Shown: in pieces, positions 24,345 to 37,787 of the stretch
Numbering within the stretch: the stretch's first letter is position 1
How the letters are laid out: every line of letters begins with the position of its first letter
Source: the human T2T-CHM13v2.0 reference genome, Homo sapiens
DNA: 64,000 bases
NCBI RefSeq assembly: GCF_009914755.1
Contig: NC_060944.1
Direction: 5' to 3' (one strand)
Position numbers and translations under genes: made by a program
The notes under the pieces: model-generated
Databases searched by the model: none
The model's input: the letters and a program-made list of their open reading frames with translations, nothing else
Told to the model about the DNA's origin: nothing

Positions 24345-27300
24345 CAGATATTTGGATAGCTTTGAAGATTTCGTTGGAAACGTGAATATATGTAAAAAGC
24401 AGAAAATAGAATTCTCAAAAACTTCTTTGTGATGTTTGCACTCAAGTCACAGAGTAGAACATTCCCTTTCATAGAGCAGGTTTGAAACACTTTTTCAATC
24501 ATCTGGAAGTGGACATTTGTAGCGCTTTCAGGCCTATGGCGAAAAAGGAAATATCTTCCAATAAAAACTAGACAGAAGCATTCTCAGAAATTTATTTGTG
24601 ATGTGTGTCCTGAACTAACAGAGTTGAGCATTTCTTTTGAGAGAGCAGTTTACAAACACTCTTTTTGTGTAATCGCAAGTGGATATTTGGCTGGCTCTGA
24701 GGATTTCGTTGGATACGGGAATACATATAAAATCAGACAGCAGTGTTCTGAGAAACTACTTTGTGATGTTTGAATTTAAGTCACAGAATTGAACATTCCC
24801 TCTCATAGAGAAGGTATAAAACACTTCATCTGTCATATCTGGAAGTATCCATTTGGAGCGTATTCAGGCTTGTGTTGAAAAAGAAAATATCTTACCATAA
24901 AAACTAGACAGAATCATTCTCAGAAACTTATTTGTGATGGGTGTACTCAACTAACAGAATTGAACTTTGTTTTGACAGAACAGTTTTGAAAAAGTCTTTT
25001 TGTGGAATCTGCAAGTGGATATTTCGCTAGATTTGTGGAATTCGTTGGAATCGGGAATCCATATAAAAAGCAGACAACAGCGTTCTGAGAAACTTCTTTG
25101 TGATGTTTGCATTCAAGTCACAGAGTTCAACACTACCTTTCGTAGAGCAGGTTTGAAACACTCTTTTTGTAGTATCTGGAAGTGGACATTTGGAGCGCTT
25201 TCAGGGCTAAGGTGAAAAACGAAATATAGTCCCATAAAAACTAGACAGAAGCATTCTCAGAAACTTGTTTATGATGTATCTACTCAACTAACAAAGTTAA
25301 AATTTTCTATTGATAGAGCAGTTCTGAAACACTCTTTTTGTGGAATCTGCAATTGGATATTTGGCTAGCTGTGAGGATTTCTTTGGAAGCGGGAATACAT
25401 ATAAAATGCAGACTGCAGCGTTCTGAGAAATATCTTTGTGATATTTGTATTCAAGTCACCGAGTTGAACATTCCCCTTCATAAAGCAGGTTTGAAACACT
25501 CCTTTTGTAGTATCTGGAAGTGGACATTTGGAGCGCTTACAGGCCTATGTTGAAAAAGGAAATATCTTCCCCTAACAACTAGACAGAAGCATTCTCAGAA
25601 GCTTATTCGTGATGTGTGTCCTCAACTAACAGAGTTGAAACTTTCTTTTCATAGAGCAGTTTTGAAACACTCTTTTTGTAGAATCTACAAGTGGATATTT
25701 GGATAGATTTGAGGTTTTCGTTGGAAACGGGAGTATCTTCGTATAAAATCTAGACAGAAGCATTCTCAGAAACTTCCTTGTGATGGTTGCATTCAAGTCA
25801 CAGAGTTGAACATTCCCTTTCATAGAGCAAGTTTGAAACACTCCTTTGTAGTATCTGGAAGTGGACATTTGGATCTCTTTCAGCCCTACAGGAAAACGGA
25901 AATATCTTCCCATAAAAACTAGACAGAAGCATTCTCAGAAACTTATTTGTGATGTGTGCCCTCAACTAACAGAGTTGAAGCATTCTTTTGATAGAGCAGT
26001 TTAGAAGCACTCTTTTTGTAGAATCTGCAAGTGGATATTTGGATAGATTTGAGGATTTCGTAGGAAACGGGAATATCTTCATATAAAATCTATACAGAAG
26101 CATTCTCAGAAACATCTTTGTGATGTTTGCATTCAAGTCACAGAGTTGAACATTCTTTTTCATAGAGAAGGCTTGAAACACTTTTTCTACCATCTGGAAG
26201 TGGACATTTGGAGTGCTTTCAGGCCTATGGTGAAAAAGGAAATATCCTCCAATAAAAATCAGACAGAAGCTTTCTCAGAAACTTATTTGTGATGTGTGTC
26301 CTCAACTAACAGAGTTGAATATTTCTTTTGAGAGAGCAGTTTTGAAACTCTCTTTTTGTGGAATCTGCAAGTGGATATTTGGCTAGCTTTGTGGATTTCG
26401 TTGGAAACGGGAATACATATAAAAAGCAGACAGCAGCGTTCTGAGAAACACTTTTGTGATATTTGTATTCAAGTCACAGAGTTGAACACTCCCTTTCATA
26501 GAGCAGGTTTGAAACACTCCTCTTGTAGTATCTGGAAGTGGACAATTGGAGCGCTTTCAAGGCTAAGGTGAAAAAGGAAATATCTTTCCATAAAAAATAC
26601 ACAGAAGTATTCTCAGAAACTTGTTTATGATATATATACTCTAGTAACAAAGTTGAACCTTTCTTTTGATAGAGCAGTTTTGAAACACTCTTTTTGTAGA
26701 ATCTGCAAGTGGATATTTGGAGAATTTTGAGGATTTCGTTGGAAACGGGAATATATATAAAAAGCAGAAAACAGCATTCTCAGAAACTTCTTTGTGATTT
26801 TTGCATTCAAGTCACAGAGTAGAACATTCCCTTTCATAGAGCAGGTTTGAAACAGTCTTTTTGTAGTATCTGGATGTGGACATTTGGAGCGCTTTCAGGT
26901 CCAGGGTGCAAAAGGAAATATCTTCCCATAAAAACTAGACAGAAGCGTTCTCAGAAACTTATTTGTGATGTGTGCCCTCAACTAACAGAGCAGAAACTTT
27001 CTTTTGATAGAGCAGTTTTGAAACATTCTTCTTGTAAAATCTGCAAGACGATATTTGGATAGCTTTGAGAATTTCGTTTGAAACGGGAATGTCTTCATAT
27101 AAACTCTAGACAGAAGCATTCTCAGAAACTTCTTTGGGATGTTTCAATTCAAGTCACAGAGTTCAACATTCCCTTTCATAGAGCAGGTTTGAAACACTCT
27201 TTTTACATGATCTGGAAGAGGATATTTGGAGAGCTTTCAGGCGTATAGTGAAAAAGGAAATATCTTCCAATATAAAGTAGATAGAAGCAATGTCAGAAAC

Positions 27301-30300
27301 TTTTTTATGATGTGTCTACTCAGCTAACAGAGCTGAACATTTCTTTTGATAGAGCAGTTTTGAAACACTCTTTTTGTGGAATCTGCAAGTGGAAATTCGG
27401 ACAGTTTGAGGATTTCGTTGGTAACGGGAATACATATAAAAACCAGACAAAAGCATTCTCAGAAACTTATTTGTGATGTGTGTCCTCAACTAACAGTGTT
27501 GAACATTTCTTTTGAGACAGCAGTCTTAAAACAATTTTCTTGTGGAATCTGCAAGTGGATATATGGCTCGCTTTGAGGATTTCGCTGGAAATGGGAATAC
27601 ATATAAAAAGCAGACAGCTGCGTTTTCAGAAACTTCTTTGTGATGTTTGCATTCAAGTCACAGAGTTGAAAATTCCCTTTCATAGCGCAGGTTTGAAACA
27701 CTCCTTTTGTCATATCTGGAAGTGTCCATTTGAAGCGCATTCAGGCTTGTGTTGAAAAAGGAAATATCTTCCTGTAAATATTAGACAGAAGCATTCTCAG
27801 AAATTTATTTGTGATGTGTGTACTCAACTAACAGAATTGAATCTTTGTTTTGATGGAGCAGTTTTGAAACACTCTTTTTTTGGAATCTGCAATAGGATAT
27901 TTGGCTAGCATTGTGGATATCGTTGGAAACGGGAATATACATAAAAAGCAGACAGCAGCATTCTGAGAACCTTCTTTGTGATGTTTGCATTCACGTCTCA
28001 GAGTTGAACACTCCTTTTCATAGAGGAGGATTGAAACACTCCTTTTGTAGTATCTGGACGTGGACATTTGGAGCGCTTTCAGGGCTAACGTGAAAAAGGT
28101 AATATCTTCCCATAAAAACTAGACAGAAGCATTCTCAGAAACTTGTTTATGATGTATTCACTCAACTAACAAAGGTGAACCTTTGTTTTGATAGAGCAGT
28201 TTTGAAACACTGTTTTTCTACAATCTGCAGTTGGATATTTGGCTAGCTTTGAGGATTTCGTTGGAAGGGGGAATACATGTAAAATGCAGACTGCAGCGTT
28301 CTGAGAAACACCTTTGTGATGTTTGTATTCAAGTCACACAGTTGAACATTCCCTTTCATAGAGCAGGATTGAAACACTCGTTTTGTAGTATCTGGAAGTG
28401 GACATTTGGAGCGCTTTCAGGCCTATTTTGAAAAGAGGAATATCTTCCCATAAAAACGAGACAGAAGCATTCTCAGAAACTTGTTTGTGATGTGTGCCCT
28501 CTACTAACAGAGTTGAACGTTTCTTTTGATAGAGCAGTTTTGAAACACTCTTTTTGTAGAATCTGCAAGAAGATATTTGGATAGCTTTGTGAATTTCTTT
28601 GGAAACGGGAATATCTTCATATAAAATCTAGATAGAAGCATTCTCAGAAACTTCTTTGGGATGTTTGCATTCAAGTCACAGAGTTGAACATTCCCTTACA
28701 TAGAGCAGGTTTGAAACACTCTTTTTGTAGTACCTGGATGTGGACATTTGGAGCGCTTTCAGGCCTACGGTGAAAAAGGAAATATCTTCCAATAAAAACT
28801 AGATAGAAGCAATGTCAGAAACTATTTTTTGATGTGTCTACTCAGCTAACAGAGTTGAACCTTTCTTTTGAGAGAGCAGTTTTGAAACACTCTTTTTGTG
28901 GAATCTGCAAGTGGACATTAGGTCAGCTTTGAGTATTTCGGTGGAAACGGGAATACATATAAAAAGCAGACAAAAGCATTCTCAGAAACTTATTTGTGAT
29001 GAGTGCCCTCAACAAACAGTGATAAACCTTTCTTTTGATAGAGCAGTTTTGAAACATTCTTTTTGTATAATCTGCAAGTGGATATTTGGATAGTTTTGAG
29101 GATTTCGTTGGAAACGGGAATATATGTAAAAAGCAGAAAACAGCATTATCAGAAACTTCTTTGTGATGTTTGCATTCAAGTCACAGAGTAGAACATTCCC
29201 TTTCATAGAACATGTTTGAAACACTCCTTTTGTCGTATCTGGAAGTGTCCATTTGGAGCGCATTCCGGCTTGTGTTGAAAAAGGAACTATCTTCCCATAA
29301 AAACTAGACAGAAGCATTCTTTGAAGCTTATTTCTGATGTGTGTATTCAACTAACGGAATTGAACCTTTGTTTTGACGGGCAGTTTTGAAACGCTCTTTT
29401 TGTGGAATCTGCAAGTGGATATTTGGCTAGCTTTGGGGAATTCTTTGGAAACGGGAATACATATAAAAAGCAGACAGCAGCGTTCTGAGAAACTTCTTTG
29501 TGATGTTTGCATTCAAGTCACAGAGTTGAACACTCCCTTTCATAGAGCAGGTTTGAAACACTCCTTTTGTAGTATCTGGAAGTGGACATTTGGAGTGATT
29601 TCAGGGCTGAGGTGAAAAAGGTAATATCTTCCCATAAAAACTAGACAGAAGCATTCTCAGAAGCTTATTCGTGATGTGTGTCCTAAACTAACAGAGGTGA
29701 AACTTTCTTTTCATAGAGCAGTTTTGAAACACTCTTTTTGAAGAAGATGCAAGTGGATATTTGGATAGCTTTGAGGATTTCGTTGGAAACGGGAATATCT
29801 TCATGTAAAATCTAGACAGAAGCATTCTCAGAAACTTCCTTGTGATGGTTGCATGCAAGTCACAGAGTTGAACATTCCATTTCATAGAGCAGGTCTGAAA
29901 CACTCCTTTGTAGTATCTAGAAGTGGACATTTGGATCGCTTTTAGGCCTACGGGAAAAAGGAAATATCTTCCCATAAAAACTAGACAGAAGCATTCTCAG
30001 AAACTTCTTTGTGATGTGTACCCTCAACTAACAGAGTTGAACCTTTCTTTTGCTAGAGCAGTTTTGAAACACTCTTTTTGTAGAATCTGCAAGTGGATAT
30101 TTGCATAGATTTGAGGATTTCGTAGGAAACGGGAATATCATCATATAAAATCTAGACAGAAGAATGTTCAGAAACTTCTTTGTGATATTTGCATTCAAGT
30201 CACAGAGTTGAACATTCCTCTTAATAGAGCACGCTTGAAACACTCTTTTTCTACTATCTGGATGTGGACATTTGGAGCGCTTTCAGGCATATGGTGAAAA

Positions 30301-31831
30301 AGGAAATATCTTCCCATAAAAGCTAGACAGAAGCATTCTCAGAAACTTATTTGTGATGTGTGTCTTCAACTAACACAGTTGAAAATTTCTTTTGTGATAG
30401 CAGTTTTGAAACAGTCTTTTGTGGAATCTGCAACTGGATATTTGTCTAGCTTTTAGGATTTCGATGAAAACGGGAATACATATAAAAAGCAGATTGCAGC
30501 GGTCAGAGAATCTCCTTTGTGACGTTTGCATTCAAGTAACAGAGTTGAACATTCCCTTTCTTAGAGTAGGCTTGAAACACTCCGTTTATAGTATCTAGAA
30601 GTGGACATTTGGAGTGCTTTCAGGCCTTTGTGAAAAAGGAAATATCTTCCCATAAAGACTAGACAGAAGCATTGTCATAAACTTATTTGTGATGAGTGCC
30701 CTCAACTAACCAAGTTGAACCTTTCTTTCGATAGAGCAGTTTTGAAACACTCTTTTTGTAGAATCTGCAATGGATATTTTGATAGCTTTGAGGATTTTGT
30801 TGGAAACGGGAATATACGTAAAAAGCAGAAAACAGCATTCTCAGAAACATTTTTGTGATGTTTGCATTCAAGTCACAGAGTAGAACATTCCCTTTCATAG
30901 AGCAGGTTTGAAACACTCTTTTTGTAGTATCTGGAAGTGGACGTTCGGAGAGCTTTCAGGCCTATGTTGAAAAAGGAAATATCTTCCCATAAAAACTAGA
31001 AAAAAGCATTCTCAGAAACTTGTTTGTGATGTGTTCCCTCTACTAACAGAGTTGAACCTGTCTTTTCATAGAGCAGTTTTTACACCCTCTTTTTGTAGAA
31101 TCTGCAAGAAGATATTTGGATAGGTTTGAAGATTTCGTTGGAAACGGGAATGTCTTGATAGAAAATCTAGACAGAAGCATTCTCAGAAACTTCTTAGGGA
31201 TGTTTGCATTCAAGTAACAGAGATGAACATTCCCTTACATAGAGCAGGTTTGAAACACTCTTTTTATAGTATCTGGAAGTGGATATTTGGAGCGCTTCAA
31301 GCCTATGTTGAAAAAGGAAATATCTTCCAATAAAAACTAGATAGAAGCAATGTCAGAAACTTTTCTATGATGTGTCTTCTCAGTTAACAGAGTTGAACCT
31401 ACCTTTTTAGAGAGCAGCTTCAAAACACTCTTTTTGTGGAATCTGCAAGTAGATATTTGGCTAGGTTTGTGGATTTCGTTGGAAACGGGAATACATATAA
31501 AAAGCAGACAGCAGCATTCTCAGAAACTTCTTTGTGATGTTTGCATTCAAGTCACAGAGTTGAACATTCCCTTTCATAAAGCAGGTTTGAAACACTCCTT
31601 TTGTCATATCTGGAAGTGTCCATTTGGAGCGAATTCAGGCTTGTGTTGAAAAAGGAAATATCTTTCCATAAAAAATAAACAGAAGCATTCTCAGAAACTT
31701 TATGTGTGCCCTCTAACAGAGTTGAACCTTTCTTTTCATGGAGCAGTTTTGCTACGCTCTTTCTGTAGAATCTGCAAGAGGATATTTGGATAGCTTTGAG
31801 GATTTCGTTGGAAACGGCATTGTCTTCAGAT

Positions 31832-31865
31832 AATATAAAATCTAGACAAATATAAAATCTAGACA
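31832..31865 (+). repeat. 17-bp direct tandem duplication within a monomer
   Basis: AATATAAAATCTAGACA occurs twice, at 31832-31848 and 31849-31865. Confidence 0.9.
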
Positions 31866-34800
31866 AAAGCATTCTCAGAAACTTCTTTGGGAGGTTTCAA
31901 TTCAAGTCACAGAGTTGAACATTACCATTCATAGAGCAGGTTTGAAACACTCTTTTGGTAGTATCTGGAAGTGGACATTGGGAGCGCTTTCAGGACTACG
32001 GTGAAAAAGGAAATATCTTCCAATAAGAACTAGATAGAAGCAATGTCAGAAACTTTTTTTTGATGTATCTACTAATCTAACAGAGTTGAACATTTCTTCT
32101 GAGAGAGCAGTTTTGAAACACTCTTTTTGTGGAATCTGCAAGTGGATATTATGCCAGCTTAGAGGATTTCGTTGGAAACGGGAATACATATAAAAGGCAG
32201 ACAGCAGCATTCTCAGAAACTTCTTTGTGATGTTTGCATTCAAGTCACAGAGTTGAACATTCCCTTTCACAGAGCAGGTTTGAAACACTCTTTTGCTAGG
32301 GTCTGGAAGTGGACATTTGGAGCGCTTTCAGGCCTATGGTGAAAAAGGAAATATCTTCCAATAAAAACTAGACAGAAGCATTCTCAGAAACTTATTTGTG
32401 ATGTGTGTCCTCAACTAACGGAGGTGAACATTTCTTTTGAGAGAGCAGTTTTGAAACACTCTTTTTGTAGAATCTGCAAGTGGATATTTGGATAGCTTTG
32501 AGGATTTTGTTGGAAACGGGAATATCTTCATATAAAATCCAGACGGAAGCATTCTCAGAAACTTCCTTGTGATGGTTGCATTCAAGTCACAGAGTTGAAC
32601 ATTCGCTTTCATAGAGCAGGTTTGAAACACACTGTAGAAACTGCAAGTGGACATTTGGAGCGCTTTGAGGCCTATGGTGAAAAAGGAAATATCTTCCCAT
32701 AAAAACTAGACAGAAGCATTCTCAGAAACTTCTTTGGGATGTTTCAATTGAAGTCGCAGTGTTAAACATTCCCTTTCATAGAGCAGGTTTGAAACACTAT
32801 TTTGTAGTATCTGGAAGTGGACATTTGGAGCGCTTTCAGGACTACGGAGAAAAAGGAAATATCTTCCAATAAAAACTAGATAGAAGCAATGTCAGAAACT
32901 TTTTTATGATGTATCTACTCAGCTAACAGAGTTGAACCTTTCTTTTGAGAGAGCAGTATTGAAACACCCTTTTTGTGGAATATGCAAGTGGATATTAGGG
33001 CAGCTTGGAGGATTTTGTTGGAAACGGGAATACATATTAAAAGCAGACAGCAGCATTCTCAGAATCTTCTCTGTGATGTTTGCATTCAAGTCACAGAGTT
33101 GAACATTCCCTTTCACAGAGCATGTTTGAAACACTCTTTATCCATTATCTGGAAGTGGACATTTGTAGCGTTTTCAGGCCTATGGTGAAAAAGGAAATAC
33201 CTTCCCATAAAAACTAGACAGAAGCATTCTCAGAAACTTACTCGTGATGTGTGTCCTCACCTAACAGAGTAGAACCATTCTTTTGATAGAACAGTTTTGA
33301 AACACTCTTTTTGTAGAATCTGCAAGTGGATATTTGGATAGCTTTGAGGATTTCGTTGGAAACGGGAATATCTTCGTATAAAATCTAGACAGAAGCATTC
33401 TCAGAAACTTCCTTGTGATGGTTGCATTCAAGTCACAAGAGTTGAACATTCGCTTTCATAGAGCAGGTTGGAAACACTCTTTTTCCATTATCTTGAAGTG
33501 GACATTTGGAGTGCTTTGCGGCCTATGGTAAAAAAGGAAATATCTTCCCATAAAAACTAGACAGAAGCATTCTCGGAAACGTTTTGTGATGTGTATCCTC
33601 AACTAACAGAGTGGAATATTTCTTTTGAGACAGCATTTATGAAACACTGTTTTTGTGGAACCTGCAATGGGATATTTGGCTGGTTTTGAGGATTTCGTTG
33701 GAAACGCGAATACATATAAAAAGCAGACAGCAGCGTTCTGAGAAACTTCTTGGTGATGTTTGCATTCAAGTCACAGAGTTGTACATTCCCTTTCATAGAA
33801 CAGGTTTGAAACACTCCTTTTGTCATATCTGGAAGTGTTCATGAGGAGCGCATTCAGGCTTGTGTTGAAAAAGGGAATATCTTCCCATAAAAACTAGACA
33901 GAAGCATTCTCAGCAACTTGTTTGTGATGTGTGCCCTCTACTAACAGAGTTGAACCTTTCTTTTCATAGAGCAGTTTTGAAACACTCCTTTTGTACAATC
34001 TGCAGGAGGATTTTTGCATAGCTTTGAGGATTTCGATGGTAACGGAATTGTCTTCAGATTAAATCTAGACAGAAGCATTCTCAGAAACTTATTTGGGATG
34101 TTTGCATTCAAGTCACGGAGGAGAACATTCCCTTTCGTAGAGGAGGTTTGAAACATTCCTTTGTAGTATCTGGAAGTGGAAATTTGGAGTGGTCTCAGGC
34201 CTATGTTGAAAAAAGAAATATCTTCCTGCAAAAACTGCACAGAAGCATTCTCAGAAGCTAGTCTCTGATGTGTGTCCTCAACTAAGAGAGTTGAACATTT
34301 CTTTACACAAAACAGTTTTGAAACACTCTTTTTGTGGAGTCTTCAAGTGAATATTTGGCTAGATTTCAGGATTTCATTGGAAACGGGATTACGTACAAAA
34401 AGACGACAGCAGCATTCTCAGAAACTTCTTTGTGATGTTTGCATTCAAGTCACAGAATTGAACATTCCCTTTCACAGAGCAGGTTTGAAACACTCTTTTC
34501 GTAGTGCCTGTAAGTGGACCTTTGGAGCAGTTTCCGGCCTAAGGTGAAAAAGGACATATCTTCCCATACAACCTAGACAGAAGCATTCTCAGAAACTTAC
34601 TCGTGATGTGTGTCCTCAATTAACGGAGTCGAACCTTTCTTTTGATAGAGCAGTTTTGAAACACTCCTTTTGTAGAATCTGCAAGTGGATATTTTGATAG
34701 CTTTGAGGATTTCGTTGGAAACGGGAATATCTTCCTATAAAATCTAGACAGAAGCATTCTCAGAAACTTCCTTGTGATGGTTGCTTTCAAGTCACGGAGT

Positions 34801-37770
34801 TGAACATTGGCTTTCATAGAGCAGGTTGGAAACACTCTTTTTCCATTCCCTGAAAGTGGACGTTTGGAGCGCTTTGAGGCCTAAAGTGGAAAAGGAAATA
34901 TCTTCCCATAAAACCTAGACAGAAGCACTCTCAGAAACTTATTTGTGATGTGTGTCCTCAAATGACAGAGTTGAACATTTGTTTTGAGAGAGCAGTTTTG
35001 AAACACTCTTTTTATGGAATCTGCAAGCGGATATATGGCTGGCTTTGACGATTTAGTTGGAAACGGGAATACATATAAAAAGCAGACAGCAGCGTTCTGA
35101 GGAAGTTCTTGGTGATGTTTGCATTCAAGTCACAGAATGGAACGTTCCCTTTCATAGAAGAGGTTTGAAACTCTCCTTTTGTCGTATCTGGAAGTGTCCA
35201 TTTGGAGGGCATTCAGGCTTGTGTTGAAAAAGGAAATATCTTCCCATAAAAACTAGACAGAGGCATTCTCAGCAACTTGTTTGTGATGTGTGTCCTCAAC
35301 CAACGGAGTAGAATCTTTCTTTTGATAGAGCAGTTTTGAAACACTCTTTTTGTAGAATCTGCAAGTGGATATTTGGATAGCTTTGAGGATTTCGTTGGAA
35401 ACGGGAATATCTTCATATAAAATCTAGACAGAAGCATTCTCAGAAACTTCCTTGTGATGGTTGCATTCAAGTCACGGAGTTGAACATTTGCTTTCATAGA
35501 GCAGGTTGGAAACACTCTTTTTGCATTCCCTGGAAGTGGACATTTGGAGCGCTTTGAGGCCTATGGTGAAAAAGGAAATATCTTCCCATAAAAACTAGAC
35601 AGAAGCATTCTCAGAAACTTTTTTGTGATGTGTATCCTCAACTGACAGAGTTGAACATTTCTTTTGAGGGAGCAGAATTGAAACACTCTTTTTGTGGAAT
35701 CTGCAAGTGGATATTTGGCTGGCTTTGACGATTTCGTTGGAAACGGAAATACATATAAAAAGCAGACAGCAGCGTTCTGAGAAACTTCTTGGTGATGTTT
35801 GCATTCAAGTCACGGAATGGAACGTTCCCTTTCATAGAACAGGTTTGAAACACTCCTTTTGTCGTATCTGGAAGTGTCCATTTGGAGCGCATTAAGGCTT
35901 GTGTTGAAAAAGGAAATATCTTCCTATAAAATACAGACAAAAGCATTCTCAGCAACTTGTTTGTGATGTGTGCCCTCTACAAACAGATTTGAAATTTTCT
36001 TTTCATAGAGCAGTTTTGAAACACTCTTTTTGTAGAATCTGCAGGAGGATATTTGCATAAATTTGAGGATTTCGTTGGAAACGGGATTGTCTTCAGATAA
36101 AATCCAGACAGGAGCATTCTCAGAAACTTCTTTGGGATGTTTGCATTCAAGTCACAGAGGAGAACATGCCCTTTCGTAGAGAAGGTTAGAAACACTGTTT
36201 TTGTAGTATCTGGAAGTGGACTTTTGGAGCGGTTTCAGGCCTATGTTGAAAAAGGAAATATCTTCCCGTAACAACTGGACAGAAGCATACTCAGAAGCTA
36301 GTCTCTCATGTGTGTCCTCAACTAACAGAGTTGAACATTTCTTTAGACAGAAGAGTTTTGAAATACTCTTTTTGGGGAGTCTGAAAGTGGATATTTGGCT
36401 AGATTTGAGGATTTCGTTGGAAACGGGAATATCTTCATATAAAATCTAGATAGAAGCATTCTCAGAAACTTCCTTGTGATGGTTGCATTCAAGTCACGGA
36501 GTTGAACATTCACTTTCATAGAGCAGGTTGTAAACACTCTTTTTCCATTACCTGGAAGTGGACATTTGGAGCGCTTTGAGGCCTATGGTGAAAAAGGAAA
36601 TCTATTCCCATAAAAACTAGACAGAAGCATTCTCAGAAACTTATTTGTGATGTGTGTCCTCAACTGACAGAGTTGAACATTTCTTTTGAGAGAGCAGATT
36701 CGAAACACTCTTTTTGTGGAATCTGCAAGTGGATATTTGGTGGCTTTGACGATTTCGTTGGAAACGGGATTACATATAAAAAGCAGACAGCAGCGTTCTG
36801 AGAAACTTCTTGGTGATGTTTGCATTTAAGTCACAGAATGGAACGTTCCCTTTCATACAACAGGTTTGAAACACTCCATTTGTCGTATCTGGAAGTGTCG
36901 ATTTGGAGCGCATTCAGGCTTGTGTTGAAAAAGGAAATATCTTCCCATAAAAACCAGACAGAAGCATTCTCAGCAACTTGTTTGTGATGTGTGCCCTCTA
37001 CTAACAGAGTTGAACCTTTCTTTTCATAGAGCAGTTTTGAAACACTCTTTTTGTAGAAACTGCAGGAGGATATTTGCATAGCTTTGAGGATTTCGTTGGA
37101 AACGGGATTGTCTTCTGATAAAATCCAGACAGAAGCATTCTCAGAAACTTCGCTGGGATGTTTCCATTCAAGTCATAGAGGAGAACATGCCCTTTCGTAG
37201 AGAAGGTTTGAAACACTCTTTTTGTAGTATCTGGAAGTGGACATTTGGAGCGGTTTCAGGCCTATGTTGAAAAAGGAAATATCTTCCCGCAACAACTGGA
37301 CAGAAGCATTTTCAGAAGCTAGTCTATGATGTGTGTCCTCAACTAACAGAGTTGAACATTTCCTTAGACAGAACAGTTTTGAAACACTCTTTTTGTGGAG
37401 TCTGCAAATGGATATTTGGCTAGATTTGAGGATATCTTTGGAAACGGGATTACGTATAAAAAGCAGACAGCAGCATTCTCAGAAACTTCTTTGTGATGTT
37501 TGCATTCAAGTCACAGAATTGAACATTCCCTTTCACAGAGCAGGTGTAAAGCACTCTTTTTGTAGTGTGTGTAAGTGGACCTTTGGAGCGCTCTCCGTCC
37601 TAAGGTGAAAAAGGACATATCTTCCCATAAAAACTAGACAGAAGCATTCTCAGAAACTTACTCGTGATGTGTGTCCTCAACTAACGGAGTAGAACCTTTC
37701 TTTTGATAGAGCAGTTTTGAAACACTCTTTTTGTAGAATCTGCAAGTGGATATTTGGATAGCTTTGAGGA

Positions 37771-37787
37771 TTTCGTTGGAAACGGGA
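37771..37787 (+). promoter_or_regulatory. CENP-B box (example, HOR monomer m1, forward arm)
   Basis: TTTCGTTGGAAACGGGA has all nine core positions intact. Confidence 0.9.

Larger units (their letters stand above)
6600..33220 (+). repeat. Divergent dimeric alpha satellite (SF2 D1/D2-like) with relic local higher-order duplications
   Basis: B monomers have CAACTAACAGAG; A monomers have CAAGTCACAGAG and GAGCAGGTTTG. Dimers are 342 or 338 bp, the short B monomer ending GGGAATACATATAAAAAGCAGACAGCAGC. There is no single stable long period. Confidence 0.75.
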
